Positions 19,930 to 28,342 of a stretch of DNA of 36,841 nucleotides are shown one piece after another. The position numbers and the translations under genes were made by a program. The stretch's first letter is position 1. Every line of letters begins with the position of its first letter. This stretch comes from a virus (taxonomy: Duplodnaviria; Heunggongvirae; Uroviricota; Caudoviricetes): the IMG/VR virus record IMGVR_UViG_2703718801_000025. One strand, 5' to 3'. The notes beneath the pieces were generated by a model. It did not search any database, was not told where the DNA came from, and saw only the letters and a list, made by a program, of their open reading frames with translations.

Positions 19930-20988
19930 TTATGCTCCGGCTTCTGCGGCGGCGGCGCTGAAGTCGCCAATCTGGATGTTTTCCACCAGTGCTGCGCAGC
20001 GGTAGTCCTCAACCACATAGGCTTCGTTAACGGATTCAAAGTTTTCAATCCGGTCACGTTTCGGGTTGTCGATAACCGAACGGCGGCGGGTGTCCTCCTG
20101 CCAGTAAATGGACAGGTTATCCAGACGGGTGATCAGCAGCGCATTCGGCGGGAAGAACGGCGCACGCACGGCCTGCAGACCCCCCATGCGTTTCTGACTG
20201 ATGATCATATCGGCAGCCAGTTTTTCACTGTTTTCCTGCTCTTTGTTGACCAGCGGGAAATACTTGTCAGACAGCAGCTCACGACCGCAAATCACCACCA
20301 GATCGTCATCGTCCTGGTAGACCACGTCGATAAGCTCATTGACCGCATCCATCACCACGGCGTCCAGGTTGGCATATTCGCCACCTTTCCCGACTTTCAC
20401 CGCACCCGGTATGGTTTCACCGCCCGTGGTGGTGCTGCCCATGACGTGATCCGGTGCATCCTCACGGATTTTCTGCAGCCAGCCTTTGTTCACATCCTGC
20501 AGCAGCGGGTTTTCGCTACGGTTAGAGGTTTTCGCACGCTTCACTCCGTTAAAGCCAATCATGATGCGGTCCAGTGCCTGACGTTTCACGATGGCGTTAC
20601 GGATACGCACCTGGAAATCCTGAAACTTCGCCCACAGGTCCAGCTTCGCGTAGGTCAGCACCGTGTCAAAGTTGGTCTGTTCGCATTTGTATTCCACATC
20701 GACCATCAGCGTCGGATCGACAGGTTCACGCTCTTTCGCGGTGGTGTCAGTGGTTCCGGCAATGGTGCTGCCAACACCCAGCCCCAGCAGCTGACCGGAC
20801 TGCTCAGTCACTGGCGTGACGTTAATCAGCGTCAGGAAAGCGGCGGACTGCTGGATCTGGTCTTCCAGCGTCTGCTGCACAGACGGCTCTACAGTGAACT
20901 TGCTGGACAGTTCTTCAACTGCCACACCGTTCAGACGTGCCAGTTGCTGCAGGTAAGCGTTAAAAGCAAAGCGGGTATTCTTCTTCAT
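19930..20988 (-). CDS. N: major capsid protein N
   Basis: 352-aa ORF (P2 N is 357 aa) in the O-N-M order. Confidence 0.85.
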   Translation of the reverse strand: MKKNTRFAFNAYLQQLARLNGVAVEELSSKFTVEPSVQQTLEDQIQQSAAFLTLINVTPVTEQSGQLLGLGVGSTIAGTTDTTAKEREPVDPTLMVDVEYKCEQTNFDTVLTYAKLDLWAKFQDFQVRIRNAIVKRQALDRIMIGFNGVKRAKTSNRSENPLLQDVNKGWLQKIREDAPDHVMGSTTTGGETIPGAVKVGKGGEYANLDAVVMDAVNELIDVVYQDDDDLVVICGRELLSDKYFPLVNKEQENSEKLAADMIISQKRMGGLQAVRAPFFPPNALLITRLDNLSIYWQEDTRRRSVIDNPKRDRIENFESVNEAYVVEDYRCAALVENIQIGDFSAAAAEAGA

Positions 20989-21004
20989 CAGGTTTTGTGC
21001 TCCA

Positions 21005-21838
21005 TCAGCAATTGGTCAGAGTGTCAGCGGGGGCGTTACCGCCTGTTGCACGCTGGCGGTAGTCCTGGCGGCTGTCTTCATGACTCAGCTTATTCACCAG
21101 TTCGTTAAAGGCGGTTTGCTGCTCCTGCAGAGCAGTCTCCAGCTCAGACATGCGTTCTTCCTGCTCAGACAGGGATTTTTCGGTGCGTGCGCTCAGGTTC
21201 TGCTGCTCAGTGGCGACCAGCTCCACGGCCTTATGCACATCAGAGAACCGGGCGTCATCGGACTGCTCTTTTTTGGTAAACAGCGCCGTGACACGGGCAA
21301 ACAGGGACGGCTTGTCCTCCTGGATTTCTTCCAGTTCGATCACCGTTTCCTCTGCAGCGGTAAAAAGATTGGCGGGATTCTGCTTGCGGTTTGCCAGCGG
21401 GTTATAGGCTGCACTGGCGCTGAATGTCAGCATTTCAGTGCCCAGACTGGCAGGATCATCAGTGGCCGCCAGGCCGACTAGGTAGGCTTTGCCCGTATCA
21501 GCAAACTTCGGGCTGACTTCCATAGAGGTGAATAATTTCTGGCCTTTTTTCACCAGCTCCACCAGGGACTCCGTTGGCTCAACGTCGGCATACAGCGCCA
21601 TCTTGCCCGCCAGCGGACCTTCCGTGATTTCTTCAGCAAACAGCGCCGTCACCTTGCCGTAGCGGTTAAAGGTGCTGTCCGGCAGATAAGACTTGATGTG
21701 CTCAAGGTTAATCAGCGCGGTATACACCGCCGGGTTGTAGCTGGCTGCCATCTGTTCCAACCATTCACGCTGGATTTCACGTCCGTCGGTAGTGGCACCT
21801 TCCACCCCGATGCGAAAACGCTTTGCTTTCACTGTCAT
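21005..21838 (-). CDS. O: capsid scaffolding protein O
   Basis: 277-aa ORF with an acidic coiled-coil C-terminal half, divergent from P. Confidence 0.8.
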   Translation of the reverse strand: MTVKAKRFRIGVEGATTDGREIQREWLEQMAASYNPAVYTALINLEHIKSYLPDSTFNRYGKVTALFAEEITEGPLAGKMALYADVEPTESLVELVKKGQKLFTSMEVSPKFADTGKAYLVGLAATDDPASLGTEMLTFSASAAYNPLANRKQNPANLFTAAEETVIELEEIQEDKPSLFARVTALFTKKEQSDDARFSDVHKAVELVATEQQNLSARTEKSLSEQEERMSELETALQEQQTAFNELVNKLSHEDSRQDYRQRATGGNAPADTLTNC

Positions 21839-21916
21839 GAGCCGTGCTCCGTTAGAAAAAACTTACTGGAGCCTTATGGTTGCGGTGATGGGGGCAGTGA
21901 AACAATGCGCGGTATT

Positions 21917-21934
21917 TGTACCGACAACCACACA
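21917..21934. promoter_or_regulatory. candidate Ogr-dependent late promoter element (TGT-N12-ACA) in the O/P divergent region
   Basis: TGTaccgacaaccacACA centred about 87 bp upstream of the O ATG, matching the F element in sequence and spacing. Confidence 0.45.
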
Positions 21935-21980
21935 AACCGCAGGCGGGGAAAGCCGTCATTCAAGGCTGTAGGTTTGTGCC

Positions 21981-23747
21981 ATGAACACCACACTGACACC
22001 CGCAGATCTCGATCCCCGTCGGCAGGCCATGCTGCTGTACTTTCAGGGATACCGCGTAGCCCGCATTGCTGAAATGCTGGGCGAGAAAGTTGCAACCGTT
22101 CACAGCTGGAAAAAACGCGACAAGTGGGGTGACTATGGGCCGCTGGATCAGATGCAGCTCACCACCGCCGCACTCTACTGCCAGCTCATTATGAAGGAGC
22201 ACAAAGAAGGGAAAGATTTCAAAGAAATTGACCTGCTGGCGCGCCAGTCGGAACGCCACGCGCGCATCGGCAAGTTTAACAATGGCGGTAACGAAGCCGA
22301 CTTAAACCCTAACGTCGCCAACCGCAACAAAGGCCCGCGCCGTCAGCCGGAAAAGAATGTTTTCACCGATGAGCAGATTGAGAAGCTGGAAGAAATCTTC
22401 CATTCCTCCATGTTCAACTACCAGCGCCACTGGTGGGAAGCCGGAAAAACCAACCGCATCCGCAACCTGCTGAAGTCACGCCAGATCGGCGCGACCTTTT
22501 ACTTTGCCCGTGAAGCCCTGATTGACGCCCTTCTGACTGGACGTAACCAGATTTTCCTTTCCGCCAGTAAAGCACAGGCCCACGTCTTTAAACAGTACAT
22601 CATCGACTTCGCCAAAGAAGTGGAGGTGGAGCTGAAAGGCGATCCGATGGTGCTTCCCAACGGGGCCACGCTTTACTTCCTCGGCACCAATGCCCGCACA
22701 GCCCAGAGTTACCACGGCAACCTGTATCTGGATGAATATTTCTGGATACCGAAATTCCAGGAGCTGCGCAAAGTGGCTTCCGGTATGGCTATTCACAAAA
22801 AATGGCGACAAACCTATTTTTCCACGCCATCCAGCCTGACACACAGTGCTTATCCGTTCTGGTCCGGTGCGCTGTTCAACCGTGGGCGCAACAAAGCCGA
22901 TAAGGTGGACATCGACCTGTCCCACAGCAATCTGGCCCCCGGCCTGCTGTGCGCAGACGGGCAATACCGCCAGATAGTCACCGTGGAAGATGCAGTGCGC
23001 GGCGGATGTAACCTGTTCGACCTCGATCAGTTACGCATGGAGTACAGCCCGGACGAATACCAGAACCTGCTGATGTGCGAGTTTGTGGACGATCTCGCGT
23101 CTGTGTTCCCACTCAGCGAGCTGCAGGCGTGCATGGTGGACAGCTGGGAAGTCTGGACCGACTTTCATGCACTGGCACTGCGCCCATTTGGCTGGCGCGA
23201 AGTGTGGATCGGTTATGACCCGGCGAAAGGTACGCAGAACGGCGACAGTGCCGGATGCGTGGTGGTGGCACCGCCAGCCGTGCCGGGCGGCAAGTTCCGC
23301 ATTCTTGAGCGTCACCAGTGGCGCGGGATGGACTTTCGCGCCCAGGCTGACGCCATCAAAAAACTGACCGAACAGTACAACGTGACCTATATCGGTATCG
23401 ACTCAACCGGCGTTGGTCACGGGGTTTATGAGAACGTGAAAGCGTTCTTTCCTGCCGTCCGGGAGTTTGTCTACAACCCCAACGTTAAAAACGCCCTGGT
23501 ACTCAAGGCCTACGACATTATCAGCCACCGCCGTCTGGAGTTTGACGCCGGACACACCGACATAGCGCAGTCCTTTATGGCAATCCGTCGCTCCACCACC
23601 GCCAGTGGCAACCGCCCGACCTATGAAGCCAGCCGCAGCGAAGAAGCCAGCCACGCCGATCTGGCATGGGCAACGATGCACGCACTGTTTAACGAACCGC
23701 TGCAGGGCGAATCCGCCAATACCAGCAATATTGTGGAGATTTTTTGA
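21981..23747 (+). CDS. P: terminase large (ATPase) subunit P
   Basis: 588-aa ORF (P2 P is 590 aa), divergent from O. Confidence 0.85.
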   Translation: MNTTLTPADLDPRRQAMLLYFQGYRVARIAEMLGEKVATVHSWKKRDKWGDYGPLDQMQLTTAALYCQLIMKEHKEGKDFKEIDLLARQSERHARIGKFNNGGNEADLNPNVANRNKGPRRQPEKNVFTDEQIEKLEEIFHSSMFNYQRHWWEAGKTNRIRNLLKSRQIGATFYFAREALIDALLTGRNQIFLSASKAQAHVFKQYIIDFAKEVEVELKGDPMVLPNGATLYFLGTNARTAQSYHGNLYLDEYFWIPKFQELRKVASGMAIHKKWRQTYFSTPSSLTHSAYPFWSGALFNRGRNKADKVDIDLSHSNLAPGLLCADGQYRQIVTVEDAVRGGCNLFDLDQLRMEYSPDEYQNLLMCEFVDDLASVFPLSELQACMVDSWEVWTDFHALALRPFGWREVWIGYDPAKGTQNGDSAGCVVVAPPAVPGGKFRILERHQWRGMDFRAQADAIKKLTEQYNVTYIGIDSTGVGHGVYENVKAFFPAVREFVYNPNVKNALVLKAYDIISHRRLEFDAGHTDIAQSFMAIRRSTTASGNRPTYEASRSEEASHADLAWATMHALFNEPLQGESANTSNIVEIF

Positions 23748-24778
23748 TGGGAAAGAGTAAGAAGAACCGCGCTGCGGCGACGAATCAGATCCAGCTTAAA
23801 AGTCAAACTACAGCCGAAGCATTCAGCTTCGGCGATCCCGTTCCTGTTCTGGACCGCCGAGAATTACTGGACTATGTGGAATGCGTACAGATGGACCGTT
23901 GGTATGAGCCGCCCGTCAGCTTTGACGGACTGGCGCGCACCTTCCGCGCTGCCGTGCATCACAGTTCCCCGATTGCAGTAAAGTGCAACATTCTGACCAG
24001 TACCTATATCCCTCACCCGCTGCTCAGCCAGCAGGCTTTTTCACGTTTTGTGCAGGACTACCTGGTATTTGGTAACGCCTACCTGGAGAAACACACGAAC
24101 CGCTTCGGTGAAGTTATCGCCCTTGAGCCTGCCCTGGCAAAATATACCCGACGCGGGTTAGACCTAGATACCTACTGGTTTGTGCAATACGGTATGACAA
24201 CCCAGCCGTATCAGTTCACGAAAGGCAGCATTTTTCATCTGATGGAACCGGATATTAATCAGGAGATCTACGGCCTGCCCGGCTATCTTTCTGCCATCCC
24301 ATCCGCTTTGCTCAACGAGTCCGCCACGCTGTTCCGCCGCAAATATTACATTAACGGTAGTCATGCAGGCTTCATCATGTACATGACCGATGCCGCGCAG
24401 AACCAGGAGGATGTGAACAACCTCCGCAATGCGATGAAAAGCGCCAAAGGTCCTGGCAACTTCCGCAATCTGTTTATGTACTCGCCTAACGGCAAAAAAG
24501 ACGGGCTTCAGATTATCCCGTTGTCAGAGGTCGCGGCGAAGGATGAGTTTCTGAATATCAAAAATGTCAGCCGCGATGACATGATGGCTGCGCACCGCGT
24601 GCCGCCGCAAATGATGGGGATTATGCCTAATAATGTTGGGGGGTTTGGGGATGTGGAAAAGGCTAGTAAGGTATTCGTAAGAAACGAATTGATATCAATG
24701 CAAAAACGGATCAAGGAGATTAATGTCTGGTTAGGTACAGATATTATCGCATTTACAGAATATAACTTAGATATGTAA
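23744..24778 (+). CDS. Q: portal protein Q
   Basis: 344-aa ORF (P2 Q is 344 aa) overlapping the P stop. Confidence 0.85.
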   Translation: MMGKSKKNRAAATNQIQLKSQTTAEAFSFGDPVPVLDRRELLDYVECVQMDRWYEPPVSFDGLARTFRAAVHHSSPIAVKCNILTSTYIPHPLLSQQAFSRFVQDYLVFGNAYLEKHTNRFGEVIALEPALAKYTRRGLDLDTYWFVQYGMTTQPYQFTKGSIFHLMEPDINQEIYGLPGYLSAIPSALLNESATLFRRKYYINGSHAGFIMYMTDAAQNQEDVNNLRNAMKSAKGPGNFRNLFMYSPNGKKDGLQIIPLSEVAAKDEFLNIKNVSRDDMMAAHRVPPQMMGIMPNNVGGFGDVEKASKVFVRNELISMQKRIKEINVWLGTDIIAFTEYNLDM

Positions 24779-24827
24779 TCGTCCCACAATACAAGGCAAA
24801 GAGCATACTCTTTGCCTGTAATTACAG

Positions 24828-25163
24828 TTATACTTTGCACCTCTTTGAATAATCTGCAATAATTTCCTCAACACCATCAAAAATAACTTTAAACTTTTCA
24901 AAACTAATTGTTTTACAATTTGCCTTTATAACCTTTGTTGAAAACACATGCTTACCATATTCTGTTTTTGTATCCGTATCATTAGATTTATTAAATGTCT
25001 TTCCATCAAGCACCGTTGATAGTACCGTGCTATCAAATAAATCCTCCATACAAGACTCTTTCCCTCCAGGAAGCAATGGTGTTAATAACAAATAGAGATT
25101 GTCAAATATGTGGGTATACCTTGCCTTACGAATAGTATCAACATCATTTGGACAATTTTTACT
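24828..25163 (-). pseudogene. displaced C-terminal segment of the RT-Toprim gene (-1 frame relative to the RT ORF)
   Basis: This frame is open from 25163 and reads NCPNDVDTIRKARYTHIFDNLYLLLTPLLPGGKESCMEDLFD... with no ATG or RBS of its own. Adding one base in the homopolymer at 25156-25160 joins it to the RT ORF, giving about 585 codons. Confidence 0.6.
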
Positions 25164-26584
25164 TTATCCTTTAAGTGATTTAATAAATCTTTAGGGCCTG
25201 AGTCATTATCAAGAAGCATAATAACAGGGTGCTTTGGTTTAAATTTCTCGAACCTCTTTTTTTGTTCTTGGTATCTTAATATAAATCTTTTGAAGTCTGT
25301 AGCACCGCCAGAAATGTCAAGAAAATAGCTTGTTTTTTCAGTTGCTTTAAAAAAATTAACACGATACTCATTTTTAGAGCTATCATCAGAAGAATTAAAC
25401 AATAAAGGATATGAATTCGCCAATGACTTCAAAGCACACTTTAAATATACACGGTCTGTTTTACCCTCAGTGAGTATTGTTGGCATTTCCATTCCATGAA
25501 AATTTTTATAGTATAGAAAATAACTGTAGGCTTTTTCTCTCGAATTCAATTTTGCAGTGTAATTTAATCCATGATTTACACTTTGGTACTTTTCCAACTG
25601 TCTTGCATTCTTTAGTTTTAAATTATTATATTTATCTATTGAGTCAATGAATCCAAAACGGCCTTCTAATTTAGCACATGTACCTTTTTCAATCTTTCCT
25701 GATTCAGTAACAATAACAAAAGAACCATCTTTATAAAGAGAATGAGCCATGGCACGCGTTACTTTTGCATATTCTTTGCCAACATTCACTTTTTTATTAA
25801 CAGTCAACCCAGTAACATCTTGTCGTGATGTTTTATAACAAACCCTTGTCTTTTTATCATTTATTTTAAAGCCAGCCTTTATAATCTCTTTAATTAAAGT
25901 TGGACTTAGGGTTACAGACTCTCCGCCAACATCAGCAATCTCTTTTGGAAATGTTTTTTTATTAGTTGAAAATGTAAGATCATCAGCATACCGTGAATAA
26001 TTGCATCCGTATTTCTTTGCTAACTTTGATAATCTTATATCAAGAATTCCACTGATTAAGTTACTTATAATTGGAGAGCATGGGCTTCCTTGAGGAAGTC
26101 CATTCTGAAAACATGCAATTTGTGCGATCGTTGTAGCAACAGTATTATTTAATCTAAAATCTCTGTTTGATAAGAAAAAACCTCTAACACGTCCAAAATT
26201 AAAACTATCAAAATAATCCTCAAGATCTATATTTAGTAGTAGCGTTTTACCTCTATGCCGTTCAGCATTCGTAATAATTGACTTTTCTTTTTCAAACCCA
26301 TGAGATAAAACTGGATTAATATTATATTTTTTATAAATTTCTGCACGACATAAATATAAAACATCAGCTAATCTACGTTGAATATCTTTGAGCTTAGTGG
26401 TAGGTGCTGATATGACTCTCGGCGCTCCGTTTTTTTTAGGAATAGTAAATTGTGTATACTGCGTTTCAGCTTTTAAACGATAAATAACATCCGTAAGAAA
26501 AGCAGTTTTAAGATTCAAGATACTAGCCAAATCTTGCCTGTTAGCAGCGTTTTGTAAACGTTCTAAAATTGATAGGGGTGCCAT
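25082..26584 (-). CDS. retron-type reverse transcriptase fused to a Toprim domain; frame ends early through an apparent 1-nt frameshift
   Basis: RT motifs LLNIDLEDYF, NGLPQGSPCSPIISNL and YSRYADDLTF (YADD catalytic box), then Toprim-like TEGKTDRVY and MLLDNDSG. The last 24 codons (IVQMMLILFVRQGIPTYLTISICY) look non-native. Confidence 0.8.
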   Translation of the reverse strand: MAPLSILERLQNAANRQDLASILNLKTAFLTDVIYRLKAETQYTQFTIPKKNGAPRVISAPTTKLKDIQRRLADVLYLCRAEIYKKYNINPVLSHGFEKEKSIITNAERHRGKTLLLNIDLEDYFDSFNFGRVRGFFLSNRDFRLNNTVATTIAQIACFQNGLPQGSPCSPIISNLISGILDIRLSKLAKKYGCNYSRYADDLTFSTNKKTFPKEIADVGGESVTLSPTLIKEIIKAGFKINDKKTRVCYKTSRQDVTGLTVNKKVNVGKEYAKVTRAMAHSLYKDGSFVIVTESGKIEKGTCAKLEGRFGFIDSIDKYNNLKLKNARQLEKYQSVNHGLNYTAKLNSREKAYSYFLYYKNFHGMEMPTILTEGKTDRVYLKCALKSLANSYPLLFNSSDDSSKNEYRVNFFKATEKTSYFLDISGGATDFKRFILRYQEQKKRFEKFKPKHPVIMLLDNDSGPKDLLNHLKDKVKIVQMMLILFVRQGIPTYLTISICY

Positions 26585-26614
26585 ATCTAAAAATCAACCT
26601 TGATTATCAGTTAG

Positions 26615-26755
26615 GGTAGGCACATGTAGGCACTCTTACGCAAAGCATAGGACAGCCCAAGAATGGCTACAAGGATGTCAGAAGGCGAATCCATCTAACA
26701 TTTAGATCACTGATTGCGATACCACAACCAACAAATCTGCCTACATGTGCATGTT
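26615..26755 (-). ncRNA. msr-msd: retron msr/msd non-coding RNA (template for msDNA)
   Basis: 13-bp inverted repeats gcacatgtaggca (26738-26750) and its complement (26620-26632) flank about 105 nt just upstream of the RT start, the a1/a2 arrangement of retrons; internal short hairpins present. Confidence 0.55.
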
Positions 26756-26832
26756 TAAGCTACCATGATCATTTAAGAATGTGAAGAACCGTTAACAGTT
26801 TTGAAAGAGCCAGATCATAGCATTGCGCGCGC

Positions 26833-26851
26833 TCGTATCCCCGCCACGCCT
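26833..26851. other. candidate cos (cohesive-end) site
   Basis: Minus strand reads GGCGTGGCGGGGATACGAG, closely matching the start of the 19-nt P2/186 cohesive end (GGCG[A/T]GGCGGGGAAAGCA) as remembered. Confidence 0.45.
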
Positions 26852-27229
26852 GCCCGCTTTATGCAGTGGTTTTCATGCACATGCATGACATGAGCAAAAG
26901 CCCGCCAGTTCTGGCGGATCTGAGCAAAGACGATCCTCAATCGATCATGCGATTTCATGCAGCATAGTCATGCACTGTCAAAGAAGTAAAAATCCGTATC
27001 TGAATGGCCACTTGAAAAACGGATCATACGGGTTTACAAAGATGAATGTTCGCTGTGAACGGGAAGCGGAAGTTAACTTTCAGATAACATAATCCATATG
27101 CACGAGAACCTCTAAAATAGAATGGGACACCTAAGCGGGGTACTTACAACGATTCTTTCCATATTCACAGTTAACACTCTGTTTGGCGTATTTTTATTCA
27201 AATAGCAAACACCAATAAAAGGAGTTTCC

Positions 27230-27565
27230 ATGAACAATATTCCCCCTATACCACAGTTAGGAATTTATGTCTCAAAAATCGATCCCACCCTACGTATCAC
27301 TGTAACCGATGTTGATATTGTTGATGGTGAGGATGATTCTCCTGATGATGAATTGTTTTATTTAGTCCACTGGATCGAGGGGGAAGATGAAAGTGATATG
27401 ACAGCAATGGGATTTGAGCTAGACCCAGTAGAGTGGCAGGCTTTCGTTGAATCTGAGCAATTAGTGTTTGAGCGTGATCCGTACATGGATTCAATCCCCG
27501 AAAATTCAAACTTGGCAAAGATTCGGGATTTTCTCATGAAGACTAAACAGAATGATCATTCGTAA
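27230..27565 (+). CDS. small highly acidic hypothetical protein
   Basis: 111-aa ORF with a strong RBS (aaaaggag), about 26 Asp/Glu against 7 Lys/Arg; no recognisable family. Confidence 0.5.
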   Translation: MNNIPPIPQLGIYVSKIDPTLRITVTDVDIVDGEDDSPDDELFYLVHWIEGEDESDMTAMGFELDPVEWQAFVESEQLVFERDPYMDSIPENSNLAKIRDFLMKTKQNDHS

Positions 27566-27757
27566 GTGTAAGCATCCATCAGGAAAATGGTTTTGTAAGT
27601 GAATCATCAACTTTTAGAGAGTCTCAGACACTCCCACTTCTGCTTCTGACACAAAGCGGACGATCACTTATCAAAATAACCGCCCACCTTACGCCTTATT
27701 TCACTCATTGCCCAAACTAGCCCCCATCAGAATGAATCCTCCTGGGGGCAACATTTC

Positions 27758-27991
27758 TTAATGCAGCCAGCTGTCGTCCTCCCACACCTTCTGCATAATT
27801 TTCATCACTTGTTTTCTTTCTTCATCCAGTTGCAGTCCGGTTAGTTCCACACCGTTAGAGCTACCTTTGCGAACGCGAATTACCGTTTTGGGATACAGGG
27901 GGCGCAGATTGCGGTAAAGCTCGGATTCAAGGGCGTCCAGGGTAGACTGGCTAATCTTCTGCTCTTTATCGATCATTATTTCAATGCGCAT
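27758..27991 (-). CDS. DinI-like protein
   Basis: Starts MRIEIMIDKEQ and ends IMQKVWEDDSWLH, resembling E. coli DinI (MRIEVTIAK...ETWESADDWF); own SD (gaggtg) 6 nt upstream of the ATG. The track ORF extends to 28063. Confidence 0.65.
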   Translation of the reverse strand: MRIEIMIDKEQKISQSTLDALESELYRNLRPLYPKTVIRVRKGSSNGVELTGLQLDEERKQVMKIMQKVWEDDSWLH

Positions 27992-28001
27992 AAAAGTCAC
28001 C

Positions 28002-28190
28002 TCAGCTGATGACATCCATTGAGCGGTTGTATTCGTGGCTTCTGATTTTTGCCATGAGTTCATCAGTCAATTCAGAAACCCACTGCAGAGCCAGCCCCTT
28101 CTCTTCATCACTACACTCACTAGCCGCTACAAGCTTAAGAAAAAAATCAATGCGCTGGAGCTTCAAAGACTCCAAAAAATAGTCCTGCAT
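28002..28190 (-). CDS. small SOS-controlled hypothetical protein, possibly the N-terminal half of a Tum-like antirepressor
   Basis: 62-aa ORF with a perfect SD (aggagg), directly downstream of a LexA box and translationally coupled to the DinI-like ORF. Confidence 0.5.
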   Translation of the reverse strand: MQDYFLESLKLQRIDFFLKLVAASECSDEEKGLALQWVSELTDELMAKIRSHEYNRSMDVIS

Positions 28191-28232
28191 CTTTCCTCCT
28201 ATGACACCAAAACAATACTGTACACATAACCA

Positions 28233-28248
28233 CTGTTTATATTTACAG
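28233..28248. promoter_or_regulatory. LexA (SOS) box over the promoter of the small-ORF/DinI-like operon
   Basis: CTGTTTATATTTACAG fits CTG-N10-CAG with an AT-rich centre and sits among -35/-10-like hexamers upstream of the 28190 start. Confidence 0.6.
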
Positions 28249-28342
28249 TATATAATAATCTTACTGATGTAAAACGTTTTTTTACGTTCATCGGCCTGAT
28301 ATGCCTGGTATTATTAAGAGCACGAATTGTTAACCCGCGTAA

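Noticed and set aside
19597-21108. 503-aa plus-strand ORF overlapping the M and N genes
   Set aside because: Antisense to the capsid and terminase-small genes, whose frames are conserved and correctly sized; no start signals; the translation is Gln/His/Val-rich and not protein-like.
24828-26584. The reverse transcriptase as part of a diversity-generating retroelement targeting the tail fibre
   Set aside because: The RT has a Toprim extension and flanking a1/a2 inverted repeats typical of retrons, lies about 12 kb from the tail fibre gene, and no template/variable repeat pair was seen.
27758-28190. Reading the 62-aa ORF and the DinI-like ORF as one frameshifted 146-aa Tum gene
   Set aside because: The DinI-like reading frame has its own well-spaced Shine-Dalgarno sequence and ATG right at the stop of the upstream ORF, which favours two coupled cistrons. 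A true frameshift cannot be excluded without alignment to Tum.
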